From NCBI GenBank assembly GCA_964016885.1, contig OZ024760.1, positions 29,388,001-29,452,000 on the forward strand: 64,000 bases of DNA, written 5' to 3'. The DNA is from Eledone cirrhosa (Eukaryota). Of the stretch, positions 38,818 through 53,852 are shown piece by piece; position 1 is the stretch's first letter, and the number at the start of each line of letters is the position of its first letter. Under the pieces are notes generated by a model. That model worked only from the letters and a program-made list of their open reading frames with translations. It was not told the origin of the DNA and ran no database searches. Made by a program: the position numbers and the translations under genes.

Positions 38818-40232
38818 TATATATATATATATATATATAATTGTTTCTACATTTGGCACAAGACCAGCAATTACCCAGTACATTACTGGTACTTTATTTT
38901 ATCGACCCCGTAAGGATGAAAGGCAAAGTTAACCTCGGCGGGATTTGAACTGAGTCCGTAAAGGGACGTAACTATGCTGGAAAGCATGGCGTCCGACGCT
39001 CTACCAATACTGCCAATTCACCATATATATAATAGCTAGAATGTTGAGAAGTGACAGACAACTTGATATATATTAGGAAAATAAGAAAAACAGTAGAAAA
39101 TGCTAATGGGATTTTCTCATAGAATAACAACAGAACATTTATTTGAAAAAAAGAAAATTAATTGTACAGGTTTCAGCCAAAAGTTGTTTAGGTTTCTTCC
39201 TGCTACAGGAAATAGGGTTAAAAAGTGTGTGATAGAATTATATACTTCAGGATGTCAATAGTTAATCCTTTTGTTACCATATTTCTAATTAGAGACATTC
39301 TTTTCTGTTTTATTTGTTCTAGTCAGTAGACTGTGGCCATGCTGGGGCATCGCCTTGGTTTAGTTGATAATTTATTCCTCTCCGCCTTCCTCTCATCTCA
39401 CTTTTGAGCCGCTGTGCCTCTTCCCCAGGACTTAGTGGCTCTTTTGAGTCCTTCAGTTTGAGGTCCCTACTATAGAGTATAATATATATATATATAAATG
39501 GTGTAAATAAAAACTGACTTATTTTTCTCACCTCTCCAGTTTCACAAAACTATGAACTCTTTTTTTATGTTTTGAATTTGCTTTTATTGGGGATTGGGGG
39601 AGGGGTCTGTTTTTGTTGTTTTTCTTGTTCAGTATTTCAAGCGTTGGTTCTATGCACAAACAAGTTCTGCCTTCTGTATATACACACCTATTGTTTACAT
39701 TGGTAAATTCTTATTGACAGAACGAGACTACTTGTGTATGAAACGAGCTTTGATGAGAACAGATAGTTGAGTGATAGCAGTGGCAGGAATTTGGAGAGAA
39801 AACAAGAGATAGATATAATATAAAAATATATATATATATATATATATTATATTATATATATATAATATAAAAATATATATATATATAAAATATATATTAT
39901 ATATAAAATATATATTATATATATATTATATATAATATAAAAATATATATATATAGATATATATAAAATATATATATTTATATATATAAAATATATATAT
40001 ATGCATGTATGTATATGTGGGGGGGAGTGTATGTAGGCATGTGTGTGTGTATAGATATGTGTGTATGTATATATATATACATATATATATATATACACAT
40101 ATATATATATGTATATGTTGGGGTGTATGTAGGCATGTGTGTGTGTATAGATATATGTGTATGTATATATATACATATATATATATGTATGTAGGTGTGT
40201 GTGTGTGTGTGTGTATATATAGACATGTGTGT

Positions 40233-40290
<58 letters not shown>

Positions 40291-40809
40291 ATGTATATGT
40301 AAATAAATACACACACACACTAGATGCGTGCCATGTAAAAACTACTGGAATATGCAAATGGAATGTTGTGTATGAGACAGTGACCTCACATAGTGGTAGC
40401 TCCTCTTGCAAAGAGAATGTTGTGTATATATGGTGAAAGGAAGGGCATCCAGCTGTAGAGAACCTGGCAAGCTAAGGGTGAGGAGGACTCTCCTGATGTG
40501 TCCAATATATGACAACCTTTGTACTGCTGAAGCCATGATAACATGCTCTAAGTAGAGCATAGCAAGACAAGTCAGGTACAAGCCCCTGGCCTGTCTCAGA
40601 AGTTGGTAGAGTGAGGTACAGTATGTATGTGTGATGCAGGCCCACAGCCTGTTTAAGGGGTCAGTAACCCTTTCAAATAAGGATGCGGTCTTCAACAATC
40701 CATCTAACCCATGCTAACAGGGAAAACATATATTAAATGATGATTATATAAAGTTATGTTGGTGTCACAAAAAAACATCCAGTCCACACTGTAAGGTGGT
40801 CGTGTAGAC

Positions 40810-41040
40810 CAGGCATGTCAAACTGAGAGTCCCCCAAGGGCCACATGGGTGACATGTGTCGTCTGAGGGCCACATGGGTCACATATGTGTCGTCTGAGGG
40901 CCACACATGACAACTAATTGCGCACATGACAACTAGATTTTTTTCATTTTACATTACAAAGATAAAACGTGCTCGCACTGTAAAAATGTTTGTGCAGGCT
41001 GCAGGTGTGCTTGTAAAAGGCCACATGTTTGACATGCCTG
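40810..41040. mobile_element. hAT (Charlie-like) MITE
   Basis: Perfect 14-bp TIRs CAGGCATGTCAAAC / GTTTGACATGCCTG; 8-bp flanks GTGTAGAC / GTGTAGGT. Confidence 0.85.
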
Positions 41041-42430
41041 GTGTAGGTGACATGACAAAAAACACTCAGCCCACACTGTAAGGTGGTTGTGTAGGTGACA
41101 TGACAAAAAACACCCAGTCCACACTGTAAGGTGGTTGTATAGGTGACATGACAAAAAACACTCAGCCCACACTGTAAGGTGGTTGTGTAGGTGGCATGAC
41201 AAAAAGCACCCAGTCCACACTGTAAGGTGGTTGTGTAGGTGACATGACAAAAAATACTCAGCCCACACTGTAAGGTGGTTGTGTAGGTGACATGACAAAA
41301 AACACTCAGCCCACACTGTAAGGTGGTTGTGTAGGTGACATGACAAAAAATACTCAGCCCACACTGTAAGGTGGTTGTATAGGTGACATGACAAAAAACA
41401 CTCAGCCCACGCTGTAAGGTGGTTGTGTAGGTGACATGACAAAAAGCAGCCAGTCCACACTGTAAAGTGGTCGTGTAGGTGACATGACAAAAAACACTCA
41501 ACCCACACTGTAAGGTGGTTGTGTAGGTGACATGACAAAAAGCAGCCAGTCCACACTGTAAAGTGGTTGTGTAGGTGACATGACAAAAAACACTCAGCCC
41601 ACACTGTAAGGTGGTTGTGTAGGTGACATGACAAAAAATACTCAGCCCACACTGCAAGGTGGTTGTGTAGGTGACATGACAAAAAACACTCAGCCCACAC
41701 TGTAAGGTGGTTGTGTAGGTGACATGACAAAAAGCAGCCAGTCCACACTGTAAAGTGGTTGTGTAGGTGACATGACAAAAAACACTCAGCCCACACTGTA
41801 AGGTGGTTGTGTAGGTGACATGACAAAAAACACTCAGCCCACACTGTAAGGTGGTTGTGTAGGTGGCATGACAAAAAACACTCAGCCCACACTGTAAGGT
41901 GGTTGTGTAGGTGACATGACAAAAAGCAGCCAGTCCACACTGTAAAGTGGTCGTGTAGGTGACATGACAAAAAACACTCGGCCCACACTGTAAGGTGGTT
42001 GTGTAGGTGACATGACAAAAAATACTCAGCCCACACTGTAAGGTGGTTGTGTAGGTGACATGACAAAAAGCAGCCAGTCCAAACTGTAAAGTCCTATTGT
42101 AGGAATCTGACAAGAAAACATCCAGCACACACTGTAAGGTGGTTGTGTAGGTGACATGACAAGAAACACTCAGCCCACACTGTAAAGTGGTTGTGTAGGT
42201 GACATGACAAGAAACACTCAGTCCACACTGTAAGGTGGTTGTGTAGGTGACGTGAAATAAAACACTCAGCCCACACTGTAAAGTGGTTGTGTAGGAGACA
42301 TGACGAGAAACACTCAGTCCACACTGTAAAGTGGTTGTGTAGGTGACATGACAAGAAACACTCAGTCCACACTGTAAAGTGCTATTGTAGGAATCTGACA
42401 AGAAAACATCTAGCACACACTGTAAATGTG
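41041..42430 (+). repeat. 48-bp minisatellite from the RTE/SINE 3' region (sister of 4390-5265)
   Basis: Unit GTGTAGGTGACATGACAAAAAACACTCAGCCCACACTGTAAGGTGGTT, followed by TAGGAAGGGCATTCAGCC. Confidence 0.9.
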
Positions 42431-42489
42431 GTTGGCACTAGGAAGGGCATTCAGCCATAGAAACTGACTGTAGATGACTTTCTGTCATT

Positions 42490-43720
42490 CTTACCTCGTC
42501 CACATAACTTACCTTGTCCACATAACTTACCTCGTCCTCCTAATTTACCTCGTCCACATAACTTACCTCGTCCACATAACTTACCTCGTCCACCTAATTT
42601 ACCTCATCCACATAACTTACCTCATCCACATAACTTACCTCATCCACCTAACTTACCTCATCCACCTAACTTACCTCATCCACATAACTTACCTCATCCA
42701 CATAACTTACCTTGTCCACCTAACTTACCTCATCCACCTAACTTACCTCATCCACATAACTTACCTCGTCCACATAACTTACCTCATCCACCTAACTTAC
42801 CCTGTCCACCTAACTTACCTCGTCCACATAACTTACCTCATCCACCTAACTTACCCTGTCCACCTAACTTACCTCGTCCACATAACTTACCTCATCCACC
42901 TAACTTACCCTGTCCACCTAACTTACCTCATCCACATAACTTACCTCATCCACATAACTTACCTCATCCACATAACTTACCTCGTCCATATAACTTACCT
43001 CATCCACATAACTAACCTCATCCACCTAACTTACCTCGTCCACATAACTTACCTCATCCACATAACTTACCTTGTCCACATAACTTACCTTGTCCACATA
43101 ACTTACCTCATCCACATAACTTACCCTGTCCACCTAACTTACCTTGTCCACATAACTTACCTCTTCCACATAACTTACCTCTTCCACATAACTTACCCTG
43201 TCCACCTAACTTACCTCATCCACCTAACTTACCCTGTCCACCTAACTTACCCTGTCCACCTAACTTACCTCATCCACCTAACTTACCCTGTCCACCTAAC
43301 TTACCTCATCCACATAACTAACCTCATCCACCTAACTTACCTCGTCCACATAACTTACCTCTTCCACATAACTTACCCTGTCCACCTAACTTACCCTGTC
43401 CACCTAACTTACCTCATCCACCTAACTTACCTCGTCCACATAACTTACCTCATCCACATAACTTACCTCATCCACATAACTTACCTCGTCCATATAACTT
43501 ACCTCGTCCACATAACTTACCTCGTACACATAACTTACCTCGTCCACATAACTTACCTCGTACACATAACTTACCTTGTCCACATAACTTACCTCATCCA
43601 CCTAACTTACCTCGTCCACCTAACTTACCTTGTCCACATAACTTACCTCTTCCACATAACTTACCTTGTCCACCTAACTTACCTCATCCACATAACTTAC
43701 CTCGTCCACCTAACTTACCT
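42490..43720. repeat. 18-bp minisatellite abutting the exon 3 acceptor
   Basis: Unit ACTTACCTCRTCCACMTA. Confidence 0.95.
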
Positions 43721-43758
43721 GTAGTTTTAACAGTTATTGTTTCTCTATTTTGTTCCAG

Positions 43759-43825
43759 ATATGAGAACTATCTTGACCATATGGCTGTTAAACCGTTGAA
43801 ACTTTTACCCAGTACAACAGAAGAT
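43759..43825 (+). CDS. MPDZ: Third exon of the multi-PDZ gene (post-PDZ linker)
   Basis: ttttgttccag|A completes the AG+A Arg codon (phase 2). Encodes YENYLDHMAVKPLKLLPSTTED, resembling MPDZ 'RNKDAVNQMAVCP' from recall; donor GAT|gtaagt. Confidence 0.85.
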
Positions 43826-43919
43826 GTAAGTTGTTTAGTTGTTCCTGTTGTTGTTGTTCCTGTTGTTGTTGTTTGTGTTGTTATTGTTGTTGCTTTCATA
43901 AAGTCAGTTCAATATTAGT

Positions 43920-44322
43920 AGGGCGGTGGTCTGGCGGAATCGGTAGAGTGTCGGACAACATGCTTTGTAAGTATTTAGTTACGTCCCTTTACGTTCTGAG
44001 TTCAAATCCCGCTGAGGTTAACTTTGCCTTTCATCCTTACGGGGTTGATAAAATAAAGTACCAGTAATTCACTGGGGTAATTGCTTTTGATTTTGTCAAT
44101 TAATAATTGTTTCTAGATTTGGCACAAGACCAGCAATTTGGGGGGAAGGGGAAAAGTCAATGAAATCAACCCCAGTGAATTACTGGTACTTTATTTTATC
44201 AACCCTGTAAGGATGAAAAGCAAAGTTAACCTCAGCGGGATTTGAACTCAGATCGTAAAGGGACGTAACTAAATACTTACAAAGCATGTTCTCCGACACT
44301 CTACCGATTCTGCCAATCTACC
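43920..44322. mobile_element. Tail-to-tail inverted pair of tRNA-derived SINEs
   Basis: 43920-44082 (+) and 44103-44322 (-) are near reverse complements. Confidence 0.85.
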
Positions 44323-44651
44323 AATAATAACAATTATAACAATAATAATAATAAGGATGAAGCTGTGTGGTTTTTATTTCGGTGTAAAATATGTAGTTAG
44401 AAGTGGCGACATGTTAACATATGGCTTCCTGGAACCATGCTACGATGAAAGGCTGTATTGATCGCTCTACAAACTACAATGTTTCCCAATAAAAAAGAAA
44501 AGTCCCAATATACATTACATTGGAAAGGAGATCAATATATGTGATTCTTTGACCACTTCAGAGTGTTGTAAACAGGAGAAGGAGAGAAACACTATTACGA
44601 GAGGTGGCGGGTGTTGTCTGGACACCCTGGCATTGTGGAGCTACTGGTAAG

Positions 44652-47600
44652 CAAATGTTGGTTTTAACACGACATAGATTCTCATGTGACTGTGGCCATG
44701 CTGTAGCACCAAATGTTGGTTTTAACACGACATAGATTCTCATGTGACTGTGGCCATGCTGTAGCACCAAATGTTGGTTTTAACACGACATAGATTCTCA
44801 TGTGACTGTGGCCATGCTGTAGCACCAAATGTTGGTTTTAACACGACGTAGATTCTCATGTAACTGTGGCCATGCTGTAGCACCAAATGTTGGTTTTAAC
44901 ACGACATAGATTCTCATGTGACTGTGGCCATGCTGCAGCACCAAATGTTGGTTTTAACACGACATAGATTCTCATGTAACTGTGGCCATGCTGTAGCACC
45001 AAATGTTGGTTTTAACACGACATAGATTCTCATGTGACTGAGGCCATGCTGCAGCACCAAATGTTGGTTTTAACACGACATAGATTCTCATGTAACTGTG
45101 GCCATGCTGCAGCACCAAATGTTGGTTTTAACACGACATAGATTCTCATGTAACTGTGGCCATGCTGCAGCACCAAATGTTGGTTTTAACACGACATAGA
45201 TTCTCATGTAACTGTGGCCATGCTGCAGCACCAAATGTTGGTTTTAACACGACATAGATTCTCATGTGACTGTGGCCATGCTGTAGCACCAAATGTTGGT
45301 TTTAACACGACGTAGATTCTCATGTAACTGTGGCCATGCTGTAGCACCAAATGTTGGTTTTAACACGACATAGATTCTCATGTGACTGTGGCCATGCTGT
45401 AGCACCAAATGTTGGTTTTAACACGACGTAGATTCTCATGTAACTGTGGCCATGCTGTAGCACCAAATGTTGGTTTTAACACGACATAATTTCTCATGTG
45501 ACTGTGGCCATGCTGCAGCACCAAATGTTGGTTTTAACACGACATAGATTCTCATGTAACTGTGGCCATGCTGCAGCACCAAATGTTGGTTTTAACACGA
45601 CATAGATTCTCATGTAACTGTGGCCATGCTGCAGCACCAAATGTTGGTTTTAACACGACATAGATTCTCATGTAACTGTGGCCATGCTGCAGCACCAAAT
45701 GTTGGTTTTAACACGACATAGATTCTCATGTAACTGTGGCCATGCTGCAGCACCAAATGTTGGTTTTAACACGACATAGATTCTCATGTAACTGTGGCCA
45801 TGCTGCAGCACCAAATGTTGGTTTTAACACGACATAGATTCTCATGTAACTGTGGCCATGCTGCAGCACCAAAACGTTGGTTTTTAACACGACGTAGATT
45901 CTCATGTAACTGTGGCCATGCTGCAGCACCAAAACGTTGGTTTTAACATGACATAGATTCTCACGTGACTGTGGCCATGCTGCAGCACCAAATGTTGGTT
46001 TTAACACGACATAGATTCTCATGTAACTGTGGCCATGCTGCAGCACCAAATGTTGGTTTTTAACACAACATAGATTCTCATGTGACTGTGGCCATGCTGC
46101 AGCACCAAATGTTGGTTTTTAACACAACATAGATTCTCATGTAACTGTGGCCATGCTGCAGCACCAAATGTTGGTTTTTAACACAACATAGATTCTCATG
46201 TGACTGTGGCCATGCTGCAGCACCAAATGTTGGTTTTAACACGACATAGATTCTCATGTAACTGTGGCCATGCTGCAGCACCAAATGTTGGTTTTTAACA
46301 CAACATAGATTCTCATGTGACTGTGGCCATGCTGCAGCACCAAATGTTGGTTTTAACACGACATAGATTCTCATGTAACTGTGGCCATGCTGCAGCACCA
46401 AATGTTGGTTTTAACACGACATAGATTCTCATGTGACTGTGGCCATGCTGCAGCACCAAATGTTGGTTTTAACACCACATAGATTCTCATGTAACTGTGG
46501 CCATGCTGCAGCACCAAATGTTGGTTTTAACACGACATAGATTCTCATGTGACTGTGGCCATGCTGCAGCACCAAATGTTGGTTTTAACACGACATAGAT
46601 TCTCATGTGACTGTGGCCATGCTGCAGCACCAAATGTTGGTTTTAACACGACATAGATTCTCATGTGACTGTGGCCATGCTGCAGCACCAAATGTTGGTT
46701 TTAACACGACATAGATTCTCATGTGACTGTGGCCATGCTGCAGCACCAAATGTTGGTTTTAACACGACATAGATTCTCATGTGACTGTGGCCATGCTGCA
46801 GCACCAAATGTTGGTTTTAACACGACATAGATTCTCATGTAACTGTGGCCATGCTGTTGCACCAAATGTTGGTTTTAACACGACATACATTCTCATGTAA
46901 CTGTGGCCATGCTGCAGCACCAAATGTTGGTTTTAACACGACATAGATTCTCATGTAACTGTGGCCATGCTGCAGCACCAAATGTTGGTTTTAACACGAC
47001 ATAGATTCTCATGTAACTGTGGCCATGCTGCAGCACCAAATGTTGGTTTTAACACGACATAGATTCTCATGTAACTGTGGCCATGCTGCAGCACCAAATG
47101 TTGGTTTTAACACGACATAGATTCTCATGTAACTGTGGCCATGCTGCAGCACCAAATGTTGGTTTTAACACGACATAGATTCTCATGTGACTGTGGCCAT
47201 GCTGCAGCACCAAATGTTGGTTTTAACACGACATAGATTCTCATGTAACTGTGGCCATGCTGCAGCACCAAATGTTGGTTTTAACACGACGTAGATTCTC
47301 ATGTAACTGTGGCCATGCTGTAGCACCAAATGTTGGTTTTAACACGACATAGATTCTCATGTAACTGTGGCCATGCTGCAGCACCAAATGTTGGTTTTAA
47401 CACGACATAGATTCTCATGTGACTGTGGCCATGCTGCAGCACCAAATGTTGGTTTTAACACGACATAGATTCTCATGTAACTGTGGCCATGCTGCAGCAC
47501 CAAATGTTGGTTTTAACACGACATAGATTCTCATGTAACTGTGGCCATGCTGCAGCACCAAATGTTGGTTTTAACACGACATAGATTCTCATGTAACTGT

Positions 47601-50600
47601 GGCCATGCTGCAGCACCAAATGTTGGTTTTAACACGACATAGATTCTCATGTAACTGTGGCCATGCTGCAGCACCAAATGTTGGTTTTAACACGACATAG
47701 ATTCTCATGTAACTGTGGCCATGCTGCAGCACCAAATGTTGGTTTTAACACGACATAGATTCTCATGTAACTGTGGCCATGCTGCAGCACCAAATGTTGG
47801 TTTTAACACGACGTAGATTCTCATGTAACTGTGGCCATGCTGTAGCACCAAATGTTGGTTTTAACACGACATAGATTCTCATGTAACTGTGGCCATGCTG
47901 CAGCACCAAATGTTGGTTTTAACACGACATAGATTCTCATGTAACTGTGGCCATGCTGCAGCACCAAATGTTGGTTTTAACACGACATAGATTCTCATGT
48001 AACTGTGGCCATGCTGCAGCACCAAATGTTGGTTTTAACACAACATAGATTCTCATGTGACTGTGGCCATGCTGCAGCACCAAATGTTGGTTTTAACACA
48101 ACATAGATTCTCATGTAACTGTGGCCATGCTGCAGCACCAAATGTTGGTTTTAACACAAAATAGATTCTCATGTAACTGTGGCCATGCTACAGCACCAAA
48201 TGTTGGTTTTAACACGACATACATTCTCATGTAACTGTGGCCATGCTGCAGCACCAAAACGTTGGTTTTAACACGACATACATTCTCATGTAACTGTGGC
48301 CATGCTGCAGCACCAAAACGTTGGTTTTATCACGACATACATTCTCATGTAACTGTGGCCATGCTGCAGCACCAAATGTTGGTTTTAACATGACATAGAT
48401 TCTCATGTAACTGTGGCCATGCTGCAGCACCAAATGTTGGTTTTAACATGACATAGATTCTCATGTAACTGTGGTCATGCTGCAGCACCAAAACGTTGGT
48501 TTTAACACGACATACATTCTCATGTAACTGTGGCCATGCTGCAGCACCAAAACGTTGGTTTTAACACGACATACATTCTCATGTAACTGTGGCCATGCTG
48601 CAGCACCAAAACGTTGGTTTTAACACGACATACATTCTCATGTAACTGTGGCCATGCTGCAGCACCAAATGTTGGTTTTAACATGACATAGATTCTCATG
48701 TAACTGTGGCCATGCTGCAGCACCAAATGTTGGTTTTAACACGACATAGATTCTCATGTAACTGTGGCCATGCTGTAGCACCAAATGTTGGTTTTAACAC
48801 GACATAGATTCTCATGTAACTGTGGCCATGCTGTAGCACCAAATGTTGGTTTTAACACGACATAGATTCTCATGTAACTGTGGCCATGCTGCAGCACCAA
48901 ATGTTGGTTTTAACATGACATAGATTCTCATGTAACTGTGGCCATGCTGTAGCACCAAATGTTGGTTTTAACACGACATAGATTCTCATGTAACTGTGGC
49001 CATGCTGCAGCACCAAATGTTGGTTTTAACACGACATAGATTCTCATGTAACTGTGGCCATGCTGTAGCACCAAATGTTGGTTTTAACACGACATAGATT
49101 CTCATGTAACTGTGGCCATGCTGCAGCACCAAATGTTGGTTTTAACACGACATAGATTCTCATGTAACTGTGGCCATGCTGTAGCACCAAATCTTGGTTT
49201 TAACACGATGTAGATTCTCATGTAACTGTGGCCATGCTGTAGCACCAAATCTTGGTTTTAACACGACGTAGATTCTCATGTAACTGTGGCCATGCTGTAG
49301 CACCAAATGTTGGTTTTAACACGACATAGATTCTCATGTGACCGTGGCCATGCTGCAGCACCAAATGTTGGTTTTAACACGACATAGATTCTCATGTAAC
49401 TGTGGCCATTCTGTAGCACCAAATGTTGGTTTTAACACGACATAGATTCTCATGTGACTGTGGCCATGCTGCAGCACCAAATGTTGGTTTTAACACAACA
49501 TAGATTCTCATGTAACTGTGGCCATGCTGTAGCACCAAATGTTAGTTTTAACACGACATAGATTCTCATGTAACTGTGGCCATACTGCAGCACCAAATGT
49601 TGGTTTTAACACGACATAGATTCTCATGTAACTGTGGCCATGCTGCAGCACCAAATGTTGGTTTTAACACGACATAGATTCTCATGTAACTGTGGCCATT
49701 CTGCAGCACCAAATGTTGGTTTTAACACGACATAGATTCTCATGTAACTGTGGCCATGCTGTAGCACCAAATGTTGGTTTTAACACGACATAGATTCTCA
49801 TGTAACTGTGGCCATGCTGCAGCACCAAATGTTGGTTTTAACACGACATAGATTCTCATGTAACTGTGGCCATGCTGCAGCACCAAATGTTGGTTTTAAC
49901 ACGACATAGATTCTCATGTAACTGTGGCCATTCTGCAGCACCAAATGTTGGTTTTAACACAACATAGATTCTCATGTAACTGTGGCCATGCTGTAGCACC
50001 AAATGTTGGTTTTAACACGACATAGATTCTCATGTAACTGTGGCCATGCTGCAGCACCAAATGTTGGTTTTAACACAACATAGATTCTCATGTAACTGTG
50101 GCCATGCTGCAGCACCAAATGTTGGTTTTAACACGACATAGATTCTCATGTAACTGTGGCCATTCTGCAGCACCAAATGTTGGTTTTAACACGACATAGA
50201 TTCTCATGTAACTGTGGCCATGCTGTAGCACCAAATGTTGGTTTTAACACGACATAGATTCTCATGTAACTGTGGCCATTCTGCAGCACCAAATGTTGGT
50301 TTTAACACGACATAGATTCTCATGTAACTGTGGCCATGCTGCAGCACCAAATGTTGGTTTTAACACAACGTAGATTCTCATGTAACTGTGGCCATGCTGC
50401 AGCATCAAATGTTGGTTTTAACACGACATAGATTCTCATGTGACCGTGGCCATGCTGCAGCACCAAATGTTGGTTTTAACACGGCATAGATTCTCATGTA
50501 ACTGTGGCCATTCTGCAGCACCAAATGTTGGTTTTAACACGACATAGATTCTCATGTAACTGTGGCCATGCTGCAGCACCAAATGTTGGTTTTAACACAA

Positions 50601-53600
50601 CGTAGATTCTCATGTAACTGTGGCCATGCTGCAGCACCAAATGTTGGTTTTAACACGACATAGATTCTCATGTGACCGTGACCATGCTGCAGCACCAAAA
50701 CGTTGGTTTTAACACGACGTAGATTCTCATGTAACTGTGGCCATGCTGTAGCACCAAATCTTGGTTTTAACACGACGTAGATTCTCATGTAACTGTGGCC
50801 ATGCTGTAGCACCAAATGTTGTTTTTAACACGACATAGATTCTCATGTGACTGTGGCCATGCTGCAGCACCAAATGTTGGTTTTAACACGACATAAATTC
50901 TCATGTAACTGTGGCCATGCTGTAGCACCAAATGTTGGTTTTAACACGACATAGATTCTCATGTAACTGTGGCCATGCTGCAGCACCAAATGTTGGTTTT
51001 AACATGATATAGATTCTCATGTAACTGTGGCCATGCTGTAGCACCAAATCTTGGTTTTAACACGACGTAGATTCTCATGTAACTGTGGCCATGCTGTAGC
51101 ACCAAATGTTGGTTTTAACACGACGTAGATTCTCATGTAACTGTGGCCATGCTGTAGCACCAAATCTTGGTTTTAACACGACGTAGATTCTCATGTAACT
51201 GTGGCCATGCTGTAGCACCAAATCTTGGTTTTAACACGATGTAGATTCTCATGTGACCGTGGCCATGCTGCAGCACCAAATGTTGGTTTTAACACGACAT
51301 AGATTCTCATGTAACTGTGGCCATGCTGCAGCACCAAATGTTGGTTTTAACACGACATAGATTCTCATGTAACTCTGGCCATGCTGCAGCACCAAATGTT
51401 GGTTTTAAACATGACATAGATTGTCATGTAATTGTGGCCATGCTGCAGCACCAAATGTTGGTTTTAACACGACATAGATTCTCATGTAACTGTGGCCATG
51501 CTGCAGCACCAAAACGTTGGTTTTAACACGACATAGATTCTCATGTAACTGTGGCCATGCTGCAGCACCAAATGTTGGTTTTAACACGACATAGATTCTC
51601 ATGTAACTGTGGCCATGCTGCAGCACCAAATGTTGGTTTTAACACGACATAGATTTTCATGTAACTGTGGCCATGCTGCAGCACCAAATGTTGGTTTTAA
51701 CACAACATAGATTCTCATGTGACTGTGGCCATGCTGCAGCACCAAATATTTGTTTTTAACATGACATAGATTCTCATGTAACTGTGGCCATGGTGCAGCA
51801 CCAAATGTTGGTTTTAACACGATGTAGATTCTCATGTGACTGTGGCCATGCTGCAGCACCAAATGTTGGTTTTAACACGATGTAGATTCTCATGTAACTG
51901 TGGCCATGCTGCAGCACCAAATATTGGTTTTAACACGACGTAGATTCTCATGTAACTGTGGCCATCCTGCAGCACCAAAACGTTGGTTTTAACACGACAT
52001 ACATTCTCATGTAACTGTGGCCATGCTGCAGCACCAAATGTTGGTTTTTAACACGACGTAGATTCTCATGTAACTGTGGCCATGCTGCAGCACCAAAACG
52101 TTGGTTTTAACACAACATAGATTCTCATGTAACTGTGGCCATGCTGTAGCACCAAATGTTGGTTTTAACACGACATAGATTCTCATGTAACTGTGGCCAT
52201 GCTGCAGCACCAAATGTTGGTTTTAACACGATGTAGATTCTCATGTAACTGTGGCCATGCTGCAGCACCAAATGTTGGTTTTAACACGACATAGATTCTC
52301 ATGTAACTGTGGCCATGCTGCAGCACCAAATATTTGTTTTTAACATGACATAGATTCTCATGTAACTGTGGCCATGGTGCAGCACCAAATGTTGGTTTTA
52401 ACACGATGTAGATTCTCATGTGACTGTGGCCATGCTGCAGCACCAAATGTTGGTTTTAACACGATGTAGATTCTCATGTAACTGTGGCCATGCTGCAGCA
52501 CCAAATATTGGTTTTAACACGACGTAGATTCTCATGTAACTGTGGCCATCCTGCAGCACCAAAACGTTGGTTTTAACACGACATACATTCTCATGTAACT
52601 GTGGCCATGCTGCAGCACCAAATGTTGGTTTTTAACACGACGTAGATTCTCATGTAACTGTGGCCATGCTGCAGCACCAAAACGTTGGTTTTAACACAAC
52701 GTAGATTCTCATGTAACTGTGGCCATGCTGTAGCACCAAATGTTGGTTTTAACACGACATAGATTCTCATGTAACTGTGGCCATTCTGCAGCACCAAATG
52801 TTGGTTTTAACACGACATAGATTCTCATGTAACTGTGGCCATGCTGCAGCACCAAATGTTGGTTTTAACACAACGTAGATTCTCATGTAACTGTGGCCAT
52901 GCTGCAGCACCAAATGTTGGTTTTAACACGACATAGATTCTCATGTAACTGTGGCCATGCTGCAGCACCAAATGTTGGTTTTAAACATGACATAGATTGT
53001 CATGTAATTGTGGCCATGCCGCAGCACCAAATGTTGGTTTTAACACGACATAGATTCTCATGTAACTGTGGCCATGCTGTAGCACCAAATGTTGGTTTTA
53101 ACACGACATAGATTCTCATGTGACCGTGGCCATGCTGCAGCACCAAAACGTTGGTTTTAACACGACATAGATTCTCATGTAACTGTGGCCATGCTGCAGC
53201 ACCAAATGTTGGTTTTAACACGACATAGATTCTCATGTAACTGTGGCCATGCTGCAGCACCAAATGTTGGTTTTAACACGACATAGATTTTCATGTAACT
53301 ATGGCCATGCTGCAGCACCAAATGTTGGTTTTAACACGACATAGATTTTCATGTAACTGTGGCCATGCTGCAGCACCAAATGTTGGTTTTAACACGACAT
53401 AGATTCTCATGTAACTGTGGCCATTCTGCAGCACCAAATGTTGGTTTTAACACGACATAGATTCTCATGTAACTCTGGTCATGCTGCAGCACCAAATATT
53501 TGTTTTCAACATGACATAGATTCTCATGTAACTGTGGCCATGCTGCAGCACCAAATGTTGGTTTTAACACGATGTAGATTCTCATGTAACTGTGACCATG

Positions 53601-53852
53601 CTGCAGCACCAAATGTTGGTTTTAACACGATGTAGATTCTCATGTAACTGTGGCCATGCTGCAGCACCAAATGTTGGTTTTAACACAACATAGATTCTCA
53701 TGTAACTGTGGCCATGCTGCAGCACCAAACGTTGGTTTTAACACGACATAGATTCTCATGTAACTGTGGTCATGCTGCAGCACCAAACGTTGGTTTTAAC
53801 ATGACAGATTACTGTTTTAAGAATCTCGCGTGACTGTGGCCATGCTGGAGCA
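44652..53852. repeat. 9.2-kb, 58-bp satellite array (~158 copies)
   Basis: Unit CAAATGTTGGTTTTAACACGACATAGATTCTCATGTAACTGTGGCCATGCTGCAGCAC. Confidence 0.97.

Noticed and set aside
40944-43724. 490-, 370- and 416-aa ORFs
   Set aside because: 48-bp and 18-bp tandem repeats.
44652-53852. CRISPR-like regular array
   Set aside because: Head-to-tail units with no unique spacers, no cas genes, and a eukaryotic intron context.
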